A stretch of 64,000 nucleotides of DNA from the NCBI GenBank assembly GCA_963706955.1, contig CAVPOC010000003.1:448001-512000 (forward strand), read 5' to 3'. Under the pieces are notes generated by a model. The model saw only the letters and a program-made list of their open reading frames with translations, had not been told where the DNA came from and did not search any database. This stretch comes from an uncultured Verrucomicrobiae bacterium. Lineage in GTDB: Bacteria > Verrucomicrobiota > Verrucomicrobiia > Chthoniobacterales > Terrimicrobiaceae. Both the position numbers and the translations under genes were made by a program. The stretch's first letter is position 1; the number at the start of each line of letters is the position of its first letter. Below are positions 9,895 through 22,293 of the stretch, piece by piece.

Positions 9895-12800
9895 ATGGAG
9901 GAATTTCAGTTTCATCCGGCGATTGCGAAGTGGTTCGAGCAGCAGTTCGGATCGCCGAGCGAGCCGCAGCAGCGTGGTTGGCCAGCGATCCAGTCCGGCG
10001 CGCACGTTCTTATCTCGGCACCGACAGGCTCAGGGAAAACGCTGGCTGCATTTCTCGCTTCTCTCGATCAACTCTTTCGCGAGGGGCTCACCGGAACGCT
10101 TCCGGATGAAACGCGCGTGCTTTACGTCTCTCCGCTCAAGGCGCTGAGCAACGATATCCACAAAAACCTCGAAGAGCCTCTGGCTGCCATCCGCGAGTCG
10201 TTGCGCAAGGCGGGTCGTGAGGTAGACATCCGCGCGGAAGTTCGGACCGGAGACACGCCGGCTGCGAAGCGTCAATCGATCGTCCGCAAGCCACCGCACA
10301 TCCTCGTGACCACCCCGGAGTCGCTCTACCTGCTGTTGACATCGGAGTCGGGACGGAAGCTTCTCGCGACCGTTCGAACGGTCATCGTCGACGAAATTCA
10401 TGCCGTGGTGAACAACCGCCGCGGGTCGCATCTGGCGCTGAGCATTGAGAGACTTGCCGCGCTGACAAAACGACCGATGCAGCGCATTGGCTTGTCGGCA
10501 ACCCAGAAGCCGATCGAGGAGGTGGCACAATTTCTAACCGGAGGGTCCGAGCACACGCAATGTACGATCGTCAACTGCGACTATCGGCGCCAAATGGATC
10601 TGGCAATCGAATTGCCGGGTTCGCCGCTGGAGGCCGTCATGTCCAACGAGGTCTGGGAAGAAGTTTATGGACGACTTGCCGACTTGATCGCAGCACACCG
10701 GACGACGCTTGTCTTTGCGAATACGCGCCGCCTCGCCGAGCGCGTGGCGCATAACTTGGGAGCCCGGCTCGGCGCCGAGCACGTCACGTCACACCATGGG
10801 AGCCTCTCTGCCAAACTTCGCCTCGATGCTGAGAACCGCCTGAAGCGCGGCGAGCTCAAGGCCTTGGTCGCCACTGCCTCGCTCGAGCTCGGGATCGACA
10901 TCGGGTCGGTCGACCTGGTTTGCCAAATCGGTCCAACCCACTCGATCGCCACTTTTCTGCAACGAGTCGGACGCGCGGAACATCGGCGAAGCGGTCTGCC
11001 CAAAGGGCGGATTTTTCCTCTCAGCCGCGATGAACTGGTCGAGGTCACGGCGATCTTGCGCAGCGTGCGCAACGGCGAGCTCGACGCACTGCAAATGCCA
11101 GAAAAGCCGCTCGATGTCCTGGCCCAGCAAATTGTCGCCTGCGCGGCCTCCGAAGACTGGAAAGAAGATGCGCTCTTCGAGCTGATGAAGTCGCCTTATC
11201 CTTATCGCAAACTTACGCGAAAGGAATTCGATGACGTCGTGCGCATGCTCGGCGAGGGCTTCAGCACCAAGCGCGGCAGGCGCGGCGCGTTGATTCACCG
11301 TGATGTCATCAATCAACGCATTCGCGCGCGACGCGGAGCGCGCATAACGGCGCTGACCTCGGGAGGCGCTATCGCGGATAATGCCGATTACCGCGTCGTC
11401 CTGGAGCCCACCCAGACGTTCATTGGCACGGTCAACGAAGATTTCGCGGTCGAGAGCATGGCGGGCGATATCTTTCAGCTCGGCAACGCTTCGTGGCGAA
11501 TCCTGAAGGTGGACTCGGGCATGGTGCGCGTTGAGGACGCCCACGGCCAGCCGCCGGGAATGCCCTTTTGGATCGGTGAAGCGCCCGGACGCACCGATGA
11601 ATTGTCGGAAGCTGTCTCGCGATTGCGGTTCGAGGTCGATGAAAAGATTCGGGAAACGCTGGAGAAAAACGGGGACGCTCCTGAAACCGCTCTCGTCGAG
11701 TTGTTCAAGGCGGACCTCGGGCTGCCCGCTGCCGGCGCACAGCAGTTGGCCGACTATTTTGCGGCAATCCATCGAGCACTTGGCACGATCCCATCCCAGC
11801 AGCGGCTGGTGCTAGAGCGTTTCTTTGACGAGTCGGGGGGCATGCAATTGGTCGTGCATTCGCCATTTGGCGTGCGGATAAATCGCGCCTGGGGGTTAGC
11901 GCTGCGGAAGCGTTTTTGCCGTTCCTTCAATTTCGAATTGCAAGCGGCGGCCACTGACGACGCCATCGTGCTCTCACTGGGAACCCAGCATTCCTTTCCG
12001 CTTGAGGATGTGTTTCATTATCTCCACACGAACTCCGTTCGCGAAATTCTCGTCCAGGCTCTTTTGGACGCTCCGATGTTCCCGATCCGATGGCGGTGGA
12101 ACGCCACCCGTGCCCTCGCTCTGCCGCGGCAGCGCGGCGGGCGCAAGACCCCGGCACCATTGCAACGAATGGAGTCTGAGAACCTGCTCGCAGCCGTCTT
12201 CCCGGACCAGTTGGCCTGCTTGGAAAACATCGCCGGCGACCGCGTGGTGCCCGAGCATCCTCTCGTGCAACAGACCATCGATGATTGTCTCACTGAGGCG
12301 ATGGACTTTGACGGACTGGCGGCATTGTTGACACGCGTCGAACGCGGCGAAATCGAGCTGATCTCTCGCGACCTGCCGGAACCCTCCCCACTGGCACACG
12401 AAATTCTAAACGCCAAACCCTATGCCTTCCTCGACAATGCGCCGCTGGAAGAGCGTCGCACACAAGCCGTCTATCTGAGGCGAGCGGCGGACACATCAGC
12501 TCCGGGACTCGGACTGCTTGACGCCTCAGCGATTGAAAAGGTGTGCGCGGAAGCATGGCCGCTTGCCACGAATGCTGACGAACTCCACGAGGCGTTGTTG
12601 TTAATCGGGGTAATGACAGAGAGCGAAATCCGAAAAACTACCGGTGGATCCACAGAGTGGCTCGATCTCCTCGAGATGGAAAGGCGTGTGGCCCCCGTCC
12701 CAAGCCGTTTCTGGGCCGCTGCAGAGGGGCTTGCCATGCTTCGCGCGATTCATGGCGAGCGCGTGCCGCCTCCGCCGGCGGCCGCCCTCAACGACCGTCG

Positions 12801-14226
12801 CGAACCGTGGAAATGCGAAGATGCAGTCCGAGAACTCGTCCGCGGACGGTTGGAAGTCTGCGGGCCAGTCACAGCCGTTGCGCTCGCGCAGATCTTGGAA
12901 TTGACACCGTCCGCGATCGATCCCGCCTTAGTCGCGCTCGAGGCGGAAGGTTTCGTTCTCAGGGGCAAGTTCAATCCTGATGCCATCGAGACGGAATGGT
13001 GCGATCGCCGCCTGCTCGCCCGAATCCATCGCCTCACCATTCACCGGTTGCGCGCGGAGATCGAAGCGGTCTCGCTGGCCGACTTTCAACGGTTTCTGCT
13101 GGCGTGGCAACGAGCCAACCGCAGCCATCGCGTCGAAGGTCCGGAGGGAGTCAAGGCTGTGCTCGAGCTGCTGGATGGATATGAAATGCCTGCAGCCGCC
13201 TGGGAGCCGGAAATTCTCGCGTCGCGGGTAAACAACTACACGCCTGCCTGGCTTGACCAACTCTGCTTCACTGGTCGAATCGGTTGGTGCCGGCTGACAT
13301 CGCCACAGGCTGCGAACGGCAGCCTGGCGACACCGGTGCGCTCGAGCCCGATCTCGATTTACACACGCGAGAACCTGCCGCACTGGCTCTCGCTTTCTGC
13401 AACATGGCAGCGGCCCGACTTTTCACACGATGCGGCGGATGTCCTCGACGTCCTCGAGAGCGCCGGGGCTCTCTTCTTTGGCGAGATTGCCCAGAGGGCC
13501 GGTTTGTTGCCTTCGAGAGTTGAAAATGCGATCGCGGAACTTGTTGCCAATGGCTGGGTCACCTCGGACAGTTTTGAAGGTTTGCGCGCCTTACTAGTGC
13601 CTGACGAAAAGCGGCAGCCATTCTCCCAGGCGCGTCCGCGCAAGCATCACCGAGCGGTCACGAGCATTGAGTTCGCCGGACGCTGGTCCGCCGTGCGAAG
13701 TCTGATCGGAAATGTTCCTCCACGCGAGGAATCACTTGAGATCTACGCCTGGACGCTCCTGCGGCGCTACGGCGTCATGTTTCGGCGAATGCTTGAAAGA
13801 GAGTCGCTACGAGTGCCCTGGTTCGAGCTCTTGCGCATCTATCGGAAACTTGAGGCCCGTGGCGAAATTCGTGGAGGTTATTTCGTAAGCGGCGTCAGCG
13901 GGGAACAATTCGCGCTGCCCGAAGCCGTCGGACTGCTCCGCTCGATTCGCAGGGCTCGCCCGCGCGAAGGAGAGCAATCGCCCTCCGAATTGATCACCAT
14001 TAGCGCCGCGGATCCATTGAACCTTATCGGCATTCTCTCACCGGGACCCCGCATCGCGGCCATCACCGCACACCGCATTCTTTTGCGAGACGGAGTTCCC
14101 GTCGCGGCTCTCAAGGCTGGTCAATTGATTTCACTGGAAGCGGAGGCAGCTGATCCATCCCCTCAGGTTGAGCGGACACTCCGCGTCGGCACCCTATCGC
14201 CGGCTCTGCGTCCTTACTATGCATGA
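9895..14226 (+). CDS. lhr: Large Lhr-type SF2 DEAD/DEAH helicase with C-terminal winged-helix/glycosylase-like region
   Basis: [54 protein letters not shown]-terminal LLRRYG, RGGYFV.G..GEQFA, ADPLNL; ~1440 aa. Confidence 0.92.
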   Translation: MEEFQFHPAIAKWFEQQFGSPSEPQQRGWPAIQSGAHVLISAPTGSGKTLAAFLASLDQLFREGLTGTLPDETRVLYVSPLKALSNDIHKNLEEPLAAIRESLRKAGREVDIRAEVRTGDTPAAKRQSIVRKPPHILVTTPESLYLLLTSESGRKLLATVRTVIVDEIHAVVNNRRGSHLALSIERLAALTKRPMQRIGLSATQKPIEEVAQFLTGGSEHTQCTIVNCDYRRQMDLAIELPGSPLEAVMSNEVWEEVYGRLADLIAAHRTTLVFANTRRLAERVAHNLGARLGAEHVTSHHGSLSAKLRLDAENRLKRGELKALVATASLELGIDIGSVDLVCQIGPTHSIATFLQRVGRAEHRRSGLPKGRIFPLSRDELVEVTAILRSVRNGELDALQMPEKPLDVLAQQIVACAASEDWKEDALFELMKSPYPYRKLTRKEFDDVVRMLGEGFSTKRGRRGALIHRDVINQRIRARRGARITALTSGGAIADNADYRVVLEPTQTFIGTVNEDFAVESMAGDIFQLGNASWRILKVDSGMVRVEDAHGQPPGMPFWIGEAPGRTDELSEAVSRLRFEVDEKIRETLEKNGDAPETALVELFKADLGLPAAGAQQLADYFAAIHRALGTIPSQQRLVLERFFDESGGMQLVVHSPFGVRINRAWGLALRKRFCRSFNFELQAAATDDAIVLSLGTQHSFPLEDVFHYLHTNSVREILVQALLDAPMFPIRWRWNATRALALPRQRGGRKTPAPLQRMESENLLAAVFPDQLACLENIAGDRVVPEHPLVQQTIDDCLTEAMDFDGLAALLTRVERGEIELISRDLPEPSPLAHEILNAKPYAFLDNAPLEERRTQAVYLRRAADTSAPGLGLLDASAIEKVCAEAWPLATNADELHEALLLIGVMTESEIRKTTGGSTEWLDLLEMERRVAPVPSRFWAAAEGLAMLRAIHGERVPPPPAAALNDRREPWKCEDAVRELVRGRLEVCGPVTAVALAQILELTPSAIDPALVALEAEGFVLRGKFNPDAIETEWCDRRLLARIHRLTIHRLRAEIEAVSLADFQRFLLAWQRANRSHRVEGPEGVKAVLELLDGYEMPAAAWEPEILASRVNNYTPAWLDQLCFTGRIGWCRLTSPQAANGSLATPVRSSPISIYTRENLPHWLSLSATWQRPDFSHDAADVLDVLESAGALFFGEIAQRAGLLPSRVENAIAELVANGWVTSDSFEGLRALLVPDEKRQPFSQARPRKHHRAVTSIEFAGRWSAVRSLIGNVPPREESLEIYAWTLLRRYGVMFRRMLERESLRVPWFELLRIYRKLEARGEIRGGYFVSGVSGEQFALPEAVGLLRSIRRARPREGEQSPSELITISAADPLNLIGILSPGPRIAAITAHRILLRDGVPVAALKAGQLISLEAEAADPSPQVERTLRVGTLSPALRPYYA

Positions 14227-15013
14227 CGCGAGTGGGCCGCCTGCTCGTTTGGGGACACAGGGATTCCAAAAGCTTTCTCGGGTCTGGCCCGCTTTCGCGG
14301 TGCTAATCCTCGTTGGCTGCGCGGTGGACGATCCGGTGCCCTTCGATCGAAAGTCGCGATTCGTCGCAGGATCCAGTTCCCTGCGGGCTCGCGTCATCTA
14401 CGTCGCCGAAAGGCACAACGAGCCATCGCATCACAAACGCCAGGAGAGAATCATTCGCTCCGTCCACCAACGCGGAAGATCGCTGGCTGTCGGAATGGAA
14501 ATGATCGATGTCACCCAACAGCGCGCGTTGGATCACTACTTGGAGAAGAAGATCAGTTGGGGAATGTTCGCCCGCACGACCGGCTTTGAAAGCGGCTGGG
14601 GAAAAACATCCCCCGCTTACAAGCGCATTCTCGCATGGTCGCGAAAAAACGGCGTGGCGGTCCTTGGTCTGAATGCGCCGCGATCTGTGACACGAAAAAT
14701 CGCCAGAAATCAAAAGCTCACTGCGACCGAAGCGGCATTGGTTCCAGCCTTTCCCGAGCCACCGGGCGGGTTCAAGAAATTCCAGGCAGCGATGGCCGGT
14801 CATCCGGGCTCCGGATCGGTTCGTCAGTCCTACGAGGCGCAGCGCGCGTGGGATAAGACCATGGCGGAAACAATTCTGTCGTGGCTCCGAAAGCACCAAG
14901 GCACGTTGGTAGTTCTCCTGGGAGAATTTCACGCCGACCCGCAAACGGGCGTTCCCTGGTATGTGGCGAGGAATTCAGGCGCAAGGCAGGTGGTCATCTA
15001 CCCGACCGAGTGA
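14219..15013 (+). CDS. ChaN/EreA-like lipoprotein
   Basis: Lipobox LVGC; ERH....HH..Q, VGMEM, AQ..WD.TMA, LLGEFH motifs; ATG overlaps the lhr 3' end; start uncertain. Confidence 0.7.
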   Translation: MHDASGPPARLGTQGFQKLSRVWPAFAVLILVGCAVDDPVPFDRKSRFVAGSSSLRARVIYVAERHNEPSHHKRQERIIRSVHQRGRSLAVGMEMIDVTQQRALDHYLEKKISWGMFARTTGFESGWGKTSPAYKRILAWSRKNGVAVLGLNAPRSVTRKIARNQKLTATEAALVPAFPEPPGGFKKFQAAMAGHPGSGSVRQSYEAQRAWDKTMAETILSWLRKHQGTLVVLLGEFHADPQTGVPWYVARNSGARQVVIYPTE

Positions 15014-15344
15014 GCCTTCCGCTCCCCGGAACGAGCCTCGCGCTCGCAACTACAAGCTTCTTTCGTCGCAGGTGGAGACGCGCCTGCAGGATTGTTTGGT
15101 TAAGCGCAACAAGGCGAACCACTCGACGACCTCACCAACGGAGCTGAAAAAAATCGAGCGCCGGCCATCGATCCCTGCCCAAGTGCCGGCTTGCTATTGC
15201 CCTCGCGCATTGCACGCAAGTAGGACGCTTTTGTCCCATGAATTCGAACAAATTCCTATGCCTCTCCGCCGGCCGCAAGCCGGCGGTTCGCCGGCAAATT
15301 TGCGGGCGCAATTTGGCGAGCACCAGCTAGACTCATGGGAACAT

Positions 15345-16601
15345 ATGTCCGCCGAGCCATCCTCTAATCGCGAGCCTCCCGCGCATCCGGAAGAATTTTT
15401 TGATTTCCTGCTCGAGAAGATCCCTGACCAAGTCTACTTCAAGGACCGGCAAGGCCGCTTTCTGCGTGCCAGCAGGGCCGTCGCCGACTATCTCGACGTC
15501 GCGGATCCGAAGAAAATAATTGGCAAAAGCGACTTTGATTTCTGGTCGGAGGACACGGCCAAAGAAGCAGCCGAAGATGAGAAGAGGATCATGGAAACGG
15601 GGCAACCCATGGTCGGAAAGGTCGAGCGGCTCGTTCACCCTGATGGAAGGGTCACCTGGGATTACACCACGAAGATGCCGCTTCTCGACTCGCGCGGCAA
15701 TGTCATCGGCATTGTTGGAATCAACAAGGATTTCACCGCCATGAAGGAGATGCAGGATGCACTGGCGGAGGAACGCAATCGACTTAAGGCTACCACCGAA
15801 GAATTGGAAAAGAAGAACGCCGTTCTTCAGGCTGATCTTCAGCTGGCTCGCGAAATCCAGGAGGCCCTTCTCCCGCGAGACTATCCGACTTTTCCAGGTT
15901 TCGGCGTTTCCGGTCAGAACGCGCTCTCGTTCGCCCATTGTTATCTTCCCGCAGCCGCGGTCGGGGGCGATTTCTTTGACATTTTTCCGCTGTCAAAGAC
16001 CAGGGCCGGGATTTTGGTCTGCGATGTCATGGGGCACGGATTGCGCGCGGCATTGATCACGGCGATAATCCGGGCGCTGCTCGAGGAACTTCGGCCGATG
16101 ATGCATCAGGCGGGACGATTTCTTGAGGCGCTCAATCTGCGCTTACGCGCGGTCCTCGAGCGAGTCGAAGAGCCGTTTGTTGCCACCGCCTTCTACCTCA
16201 TCGCGGACACCGCTAATAAAGAAGTTTCCTATGCCAATGCCGGCCATCCGGGTCCGTGCCGGATCTGCCGGAAAGCTGGAACTGCCGAGGCTCTGAGCAC
16301 GACGCGCAACCAGAACGGACCTGCACTCGGGATCTTCGATTCGGCCTCGTTTCCCACTTCACGGGCACAGTTCGAGCAGGGCGATTGCATCGTCATCTAC
16401 ACCGATGGAATTTTTGAAGTCTTCTCTCCTGAGGGACGGGAGTTCGGCCGAGAGGCTTTGCTCTCCGCCTTCGCTCGCAACTCCAGACTACCGGCCAATG
16501 AGCTCTTTGAAGCTGTTCTCAAGGAAGCGCTTGCCTTCGCCTCGCGACCCGATTTTGATGACGACGTCTGCCTGGTCGCTGTCGAACGCGGGGACGACTA
16601 A
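15345..16601 (+). CDS. PAS-domain PP2C/SpoIIE (RsbU-like) serine phosphatase
   Basis: PAS (YFKDRQGRF..TTKMPL..G...G..D), coiled coil, AREIQ..LLP, VGGDFFD, CDVMGHG, NAGHP, YTDG, DDD; ORF extension back to 14961 looks non-coding. Confidence 0.9.
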   Translation: MSAEPSSNREPPAHPEEFFDFLLEKIPDQVYFKDRQGRFLRASRAVADYLDVADPKKIIGKSDFDFWSEDTAKEAAEDEKRIMETGQPMVGKVERLVHPDGRVTWDYTTKMPLLDSRGNVIGIVGINKDFTAMKEMQDALAEERNRLKATTEELEKKNAVLQADLQLAREIQEALLPRDYPTFPGFGVSGQNALSFAHCYLPAAAVGGDFFDIFPLSKTRAGILVCDVMGHGLRAALITAIIRALLEELRPMMHQAGRFLEALNLRLRAVLERVEEPFVATAFYLIADTANKEVSYANAGHPGPCRICRKAGTAEALSTTRNQNGPALGIFDSASFPTSRAQFEQGDCIVIYTDGIFEVFSPEGREFGREALLSAFARNSRLPANELFEAVLKEALAFASRPDFDDDVCLVAVERGDD

Positions 16602-16648
16602 GGCGTATTAGCTAATAACGTCGCCCGATGAGCAGCGCTAAAGATGCT

Positions 16649-16790
16649 GGGGAGCGCACGCGGCCCCGTCCGGCTAGCTGCCGGAGCGTCCCGCCGGAAA
16701 GCCCGGTTCGGCGAGCACAGTGAGCCGCGTTGCGGCAACGTGCCGCTCAGCGGACGCCGAAAACGACACGCGAGGACGCGTATGCTCCCC
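16649..16790. repeat. REP-like family B element (GGGGAGCRCACGCG ... CGCGTATGCTCCCC)
   Basis: Terminal inverted repeats shared with copies at 37841, 45406 and 58925; lies between convergent genes. Confidence 0.75.
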
Positions 16791-16973
16791 GGAAACATCG
16801 AGCGCCGCACAGCTCGCTGTTGGCCCACCGCTGCTATTGAGGTGGCGCGGTTGGCGCGAGATTAAACCGCAAACTCGTTACGCCTTTCTAAGTAAGTTTC
16901 TCAGGGCACTTTGAAGCCCGCCACGATAAATTCGCGGCTACGGCTATAGGTTTCGTTCCGCCGCAGAACGGCG

Positions 16974-17984
16974 CTAAGGCTCTCTCGAAGAATCCTCCAG
17001 GAATCCAAGGAGGATCGGAAAGAGAACGTCGGGCGCCTCGATTTGAGGCACATGGCCTATGTTCTCGAGGATTTCCAGCCGGCATTCGGGGATTTGAGCG
17101 GCCGCCTTTTTCGCGAGCTCCGGATAGTTTCCCAAGGTCTCGCGAATTTCTGGAGAGACCCATTGCTTGCCGATGGCGGTGCGATCTAAAGATCCCACGA
17201 GAAGTAGCGTCGGCATCACCAGATTGGGGAATTCGTAACAGACCGGCTGCGTAAAAATCATGTCGTAGGTGAGGGCGGAATTCCACGCGACGGCCGGATA
17301 GTCGGGATTAGTCAACCAGCCTGTCGCCAAACGCACCCAGCGTTCGTATTCCGGTTTCCAATCACCATGATAGTAGCTCTCGATTTGGTACTGCTTTTGC
17401 TGATCTGCGGTTACCTTGAGCTCACCGGCATACCATTCGTCGATTGACCTGTAGGGGACGACCTCTTTCCAATCCTCGAGTCCGATTGGGTCGATGAGCG
17501 CGAGCTTCTCGACGCGCTCGGGAAACATGAGGGCGAAGCGCACGGCCAGCATGCCACCCATGGAGTGGCCAACAATACTCGCCGTCCGAATACCGAGATG
17601 ATCGAGCAACGCCCGTGTATTGAGCGCCAACTGCTGGAAACTGAACTGGTAGCGTCGAGGCTTGGAGGATTTTCCAAAGCCAATCTGGTCAGGAATGACC
17701 ACTCGATACCCTGCCGTCAGAAGCGATTTGGCAGTCGACTCCCAATAATACCCGTTGAAGTTCTTGCCATGCAGGAGGACAACGCTACGACCATTCGGTG
17801 CCTCAGGAGCAATGTCCATGTAGGCCATCTCCAAAGATTCGCGTTGCGATTCCAGGCGCAGGGAATTCACCGGAAACGGATAGCGGACCTGCTCGAGTCG
17901 GATTCCGAAGCGCTGGGGAATGTCTTCGTCCGCCATTGCGCAAGCGATTGAGACCGCGAAAACGAGAAGACCGCACCTCACCAC
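16974..17984 (-). CDS. Secreted alpha/beta-fold hydrolase
   Basis: LLHGKNF, PDQIGFGKS, GHSMGG nucleophile elbow, GH.PQ.E; signal-like N-terminus from GTG ~17984. Confidence 0.88.
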   Translation of the reverse strand: MVRCGLLVFAVSIACAMADEDIPQRFGIRLEQVRYPFPVNSLRLESQRESLEMAYMDIAPEAPNGRSVVLLHGKNFNGYYWESTAKSLLTAGYRVVIPDQIGFGKSSKPRRYQFSFQQLALNTRALLDHLGIRTASIVGHSMGGMLAVRFALMFPERVEKLALIDPIGLEDWKEVVPYRSIDEWYAGELKVTADQQKQYQIESYYHGDWKPEYERWVRLATGWLTNPDYPAVAWNSALTYDMIFTQPVCYEFPNLVMPTLLLVGSLDRTAIGKQWVSPEIRETLGNYPELAKKAAAQIPECRLEILENIGHVPQIEAPDVLFPILLGFLEDSSREP

Positions 17985-18072
17985 TGAAAAAAAGATCAGT
18001 CGTCGCTTCGCACGAGAAGCGTGCCCGAGCGCAGACCCAAACGATTTGTATTCAACTCCCCGACCCGCGCAG

Positions 18073-20838
18073 TCATGGAATTTGCGAGACGAGATTGAGA
18101 ATGGCCTGCTCGAGAGAGGAAATGTCAACCGGCTTGACAAGGTGCTTGCTGAATCCCGCTTCCCGGCTCCTCCGAATATCCTCCTCCATTCCATATCCAC
18201 TCATGGCGATGCCCTTGAGCGGATGCCGCTGGCGTATCTGCCGCATGAGCTCACAACCGGTGCCGTCGGGGAGACCGAGATCGCTCACCAGAACGTCAAA
18301 ATGCGCGTTGTCGGCAGCTTCGAGCGCCTCGGCCACAGTGCCGGCAGTTTCCACGGCAAATCCAGAGCCCTCGAGAAGACGCTTCAGCAACAAGGCTGTG
18401 TCGGCATGATCTTCCACGATGAGCAGGCGCAAGAGCTGCTCGGGGGGTCGCCGATTAGTCCGATCCACCACCAAATCGTTGGCTTGTGGTGAGGCGGCCG
18501 GCAATTCGATCGTCACGGTGCAACCTTCACCAACCCCAAGGCTTTCCACCCGAATCGAACCGCCGTGCAGTTCCATGAGTGCCTTGGAAATCGCGAGTCC
18601 CAAGCCGAGGCCGCCAAACTTCCTGGTCACCCCGACGTCGCCCTGTTCAAAAGCGTCAAAAATCTTCGGCAAGACCTCGGGGTCGATCCCGATGCCTGAA
18701 TCCCGGATCTGCACCTGCACGCGCCCGTCTTCCCGTCTCGTGCAAACATGAATCGTGCCGCCTTCCGGAGTGAATTTGGCGGCATTCTTCAAGACATTCC
18801 AAAGAACCTGCTGGAGCCGTGAGGTGTCGGCGTTCACTGATCCAATCGTGGTATCGAGATCGAAGGAGAGCTCGATCCCTTTTTCCTGAATTTGCGAGCG
18901 GCAGATATCGCACACCTGATTAACAGAAGTGTTCAGGTCGACTATTTCCATCTGCAGGGTCAACTTGCCGCTGGTAATGCGGCTCAGATCGAGCAAATCG
19001 TCGATCAACTTTGTTTCCAATTCCACGTTTCGCCGGATCATGGCCATTTCGCCTTGAATAACCTGTGTTAAGTCCGGATCGCGCTCGCGAACCGCTGCGG
19101 TCATGAGAACGGGAGTCAAAGGCGTGCGCAGTTCGTGACTTAGCACTGCCAGAAAGGTGTCCTTCGCCCGGCTGGCTGCCTCGGCGACCTCCTTCGCATG
19201 CTCCAGTTCTCGTTCCGTCTTCTTCCGCTCGGTGATATTTCGGGCGATTTTCGAAGCGCCAATAATTATTCCTTCCTTATCTTTCAAAGGAGAGATCGTC
19301 AGGGAGACATCGATCTGCGATCCGTTCTTACACTGGCGAACGGTCTCATAGTGGTCAACCTTTTCGCCCTGGCGAATTCGCTGGAGGATCTCGCGTTCTT
19401 CATCCTGTCGATCGGAGGGAATGAGCATCATGATCGGCTTCCCGACCGCTTCGTCTGTCCGGTAGCCAAAGATCCGCTCGGCGCCTTGATTCCAGCTCAT
19501 GATCGTGCCGTTCAGATCCTTGCTGATGATGGCATCCTCAGAAGATTCGACAATCGCGGCCAGACGTTGAACCGCCTCCTCCGCCTTTCTGCGGTCAGTA
19601 ATATCCTGGACCGTCCCGACAAAGCGCTTGGGGAACTGGCCCTCGAAAAACGCCCGCCCATTGGCACGGATCCAGCGTTGGTGCCCATCAACCAGTCCGA
19701 TGGTGCGATACTCGACATCCATGGCGCCGTCGCCCTGGGGGTCGAGCGCGCGCTGGACCGCTTCATTGGTCTGCTCGCGATCATCCGGGTGAAGTCTGGC
19801 GAGGAAAACCTCGTAGTTTACGGGAAACTCCGATGGAAGCCCGAAGAGTTCTTTGCATCGAGCATCCCAGATGAGATCGCCAGTAGCTGGAAAATAGTCC
19901 CACGTGCCGATGGCGGTCGCCTCTGTGGCAAGCTGAAGCCGTTGGGCGGCACTTTGCGCTGACTCGTCGGCCTGCTTTTGCGCGGTGATATCAAGGACCG
20001 AGCCAATATAGCCAAGGAACTCTCCCTTTGAGTCAAAGTGCGGAGTCGCGATCGAAAGCACCCGGCGGTACTCGCCACTGGTGTGCAGGAGCCGATACTC
20101 CAGGCGATATGGTTCGCGGCGGGCCCTCGCCGCGGCCGAAGGAACAAGGCCAGCCTCACGGTCCTCGGGATGGATGGCGCTCATCCATCCCTCTTGCTCA
20201 GTTTGGCCGGTAAATTCGTACCATGTCTGACTGAGAAAGGTGCAGTTGCCCTCGGCGTCCGCGACCCACATCATAGCGGGAGCGTGATCGGCCGCGTCGC
20301 GAAAGAGTGCCTCACGTCGCTGGGCCGCCCCCTGCATCTCACGCTGCTCCGTGACGTCGAGCTGAACATTCACCACGCCGAGACAATTGCCGATCGCGTC
20401 GAACAGCGGATCTGCGTGCTCGGCGACAAGGCGCCGCCTGCCATCAGGGCGCTCGATCGTCGATTCGACACCTTCAAGCGAACGGCGCTCACGCAGCGCA
20501 TTTGCCACCGCGGAGAGCGACGGCGGAAGCTCCTTTCCTTCCGGCGTGAGCAAGCGGAAGGCGCCGGTCCATTGTTCCTTTCCAAGCTCAGGGCGACGAC
20601 CCCAGAGCCGGGCGGCTTCTTCGTTGTAAAAGAGAAGGTAGCCATCCTCATTCAGCGCAAAGCATGGCACTGGCAGTTCACTCAAGATCTGGTGGAACAA
20701 CTTTTCATCTAGTGGAAAATCGTCCGCGTCGGGACCGATAACGTTGTCCAATTCGTCCGCGACCGCAGCTCGATAACTCGGCAAAAGTGGTTGGCCCTCG
20801 TCCCGATCTTGACCTCTGAGCTGAGTCTCTTTTTCCAC
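18073..20838 (-). CDS. Cytoplasmic hybrid histidine kinase: four PAS/PAC domains, HisKA, HATPase, receiver
   Basis: LSHELRTPL, NAAKFT, DSGIG, GGLGLGL; receiver VEDH...SDLGLPDG...KP; four PAS-like repeats; no TM segment. Confidence 0.93.
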   Translation of the reverse strand: MEKETQLRGQDRDEGQPLLPSYRAAVADELDNVIGPDADDFPLDEKLFHQILSELPVPCFALNEDGYLLFYNEEAARLWGRRPELGKEQWTGAFRLLTPEGKELPPSLSAVANALRERRSLEGVESTIERPDGRRRLVAEHADPLFDAIGNCLGVVNVQLDVTEQREMQGAAQRREALFRDAADHAPAMMWVADAEGNCTFLSQTWYEFTGQTEQEGWMSAIHPEDREAGLVPSAAARARREPYRLEYRLLHTSGEYRRVLSIATPHFDSKGEFLGYIGSVLDITAQKQADESAQSAAQRLQLATEATAIGTWDYFPATGDLIWDARCKELFGLPSEFPVNYEVFLARLHPDDREQTNEAVQRALDPQGDGAMDVEYRTIGLVDGHQRWIRANGRAFFEGQFPKRFVGTVQDITDRRKAEEAVQRLAAIVESSEDAIISKDLNGTIMSWNQGAERIFGYRTDEAVGKPIMMLIPSDRQDEEREILQRIRQGEKVDHYETVRQCKNGSQIDVSLTISPLKDKEGIIIGASKIARNITERKKTERELEHAKEVAEAASRAKDTFLAVLSHELRTPLTPVLMTAAVRERDPDLTQVIQGEMAMIRRNVELETKLIDDLLDLSRITSGKLTLQMEIVDLNTSVNQVCDICRSQIQEKGIELSFDLDTTIGSVNADTSRLQQVLWNVLKNAAKFTPEGGTIHVCTRREDGRVQVQIRDSGIGIDPEVLPKIFDAFEQGDVGVTRKFGGLGLGLAISKALMELHGGSIRVESLGVGEGCTVTIELPAASPQANDLVVDRTNRRPPEQLLRLLIVEDHADTALLLKRLLEGSGFAVETAGTVAEALEAADNAHFDVLVSDLGLPDGTGCELMRQIRQRHPLKGIAMSGYGMEEDIRRSREAGFSKHLVKPVDISSLEQAILNLVSQIP

Positions 20839-21100
20839 TGGCGTAGGGGCAACGTTACGATGGCCCCGGAGAGTTCGTCAAATTAAGCATCTAAACAGAT
20901 CGAGGCTCAGCGGTTCGTGGATGTAGGGACGGCATTGCCTGCCGGGGCGTTCGGGACACGGTCCCGAGAAACCCCCTGCGCCCTCGGCACCTCGGACCCA
21001 GGCAGTCTAAGAGACTTTCTCACTGTAATTGCGTTACCGAGCAGCTCCGATTGACACCCCATGCGGGATAATCTACGTAGTCCGCATTCAAGGGCGCTCC

Positions 21101-22261
21101 ATGCAAGATCTTCGGTTGGGCATCATCGGACTCGGGAATATGGGGCAGTTCCACGCAAACGCAATTGCTGCTGGCAAGATCGCCCACTGCCGCCTCACGG
21201 CGGTCTGCGATCGGGACGAACGCCAACTGATCAAGCACTTACCGGCCCGAGGATTTGTGTCGAGTTCGGAGTTGATTGCTTCAGGCGAAGCCGATGCCGT
21301 TCTGATCGCCACACCACATTATTCCCACACGACGATTGGAATTGAGGCCCTCAATTCGGGACTTCATGTGCTTATCGAGAAACCTCTCTCTGTGCACAAA
21401 GCCGACTGCGAACGCCTCCTTGCCGCGCACCGCGGGAAGAAACAAGTGTTCGCGGCGATGTTCAATCAGCGCACCGATCCATACTATCTGAAGTTGCAGG
21501 AGATGATTCGCGCTGACGAACTCGGCACGATCCGCCGGATCAATTGGATCGTCACCCATTGGTTCCGCACCGCCGTCTACTATGCATCCAGCGGCTGGAG
21601 GGCGACCTGGGCCGGAGAGGGTGGTGGGGTCTTGCTCAATCAAAGCCCGCACCAGCTTGACATTTGGCAATGGCTTTTCGGCATGCCAAGCAAGGTCCGC
21701 GCATTTTGTCAATTTGGCCGCTACCATGACATCGAGGTCGAGGACGACGTTACCGCCTATTTCGAATACGAAAATGGCACTACAGGAGTCTTGATCACTT
21801 CAACCGGAGAAGCACCGGGGACCGACCGGCTCGAAATAGCCGCCGAGGAGGGACGAGTGATCATTCAGAATGATCGTTTCCACTGGACGCGCAACGAGGT
21901 GCCGATGTCGAAATTTAGCAAGGAATCTCCGGACGGCTTTGCCAAACCGAAAACCAGCGATGTAGAAGTTCCTATCGCCGGACATGGAGGGCAGCACCAC
22001 GAAGTGCTACAGAATTTTGTCGATGCAATTCTCTTTGGCAAACCCCTCATCGCTCCGGCCCAAGAAGGTATCCATTCGGTGGAGTTGGCCAACGCCATAC
22101 TCTTCTCATCCGCGACCGACACGACCGTTTCGCTGCCGCTCGATGCAAGGGCCTTCGAGTGGTGGTTATCGGACAAGATCAAGAACTCTTCTTTCCGCCA
22201 GATAGACGGTCACGGTTCTGATGCTAGTCTTGCCGATTTCAGCAAGTCATTTGGACGCTAG
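21101..22261 (+). CDS. Gfo/Idh/MocA family oxidoreductase
   Basis: GIIGLGNMG, ATPHYSH, EKP, GGGVLLNQSPH; ATG at 21101. Confidence 0.92.
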   Translation: MQDLRLGIIGLGNMGQFHANAIAAGKIAHCRLTAVCDRDERQLIKHLPARGFVSSSELIASGEADAVLIATPHYSHTTIGIEALNSGLHVLIEKPLSVHKADCERLLAAHRGKKQVFAAMFNQRTDPYYLKLQEMIRADELGTIRRINWIVTHWFRTAVYYASSGWRATWAGEGGGVLLNQSPHQLDIWQWLFGMPSKVRAFCQFGRYHDIEVEDDVTAYFEYENGTTGVLITSTGEAPGTDRLEIAAEEGRVIIQNDRFHWTRNEVPMSKFSKESPDGFAKPKTSDVEVPIAGHGGQHHEVLQNFVDAILFGKPLIAPAQEGIHSVELANAILFSSATDTTVSLPLDARAFEWWLSDKIKNSSFRQIDGHGSDASLADFSKSFGR

Positions 22262-22293
22262 CGCCCGTCCGGCGCGCCACCCGCCACCGCCTC

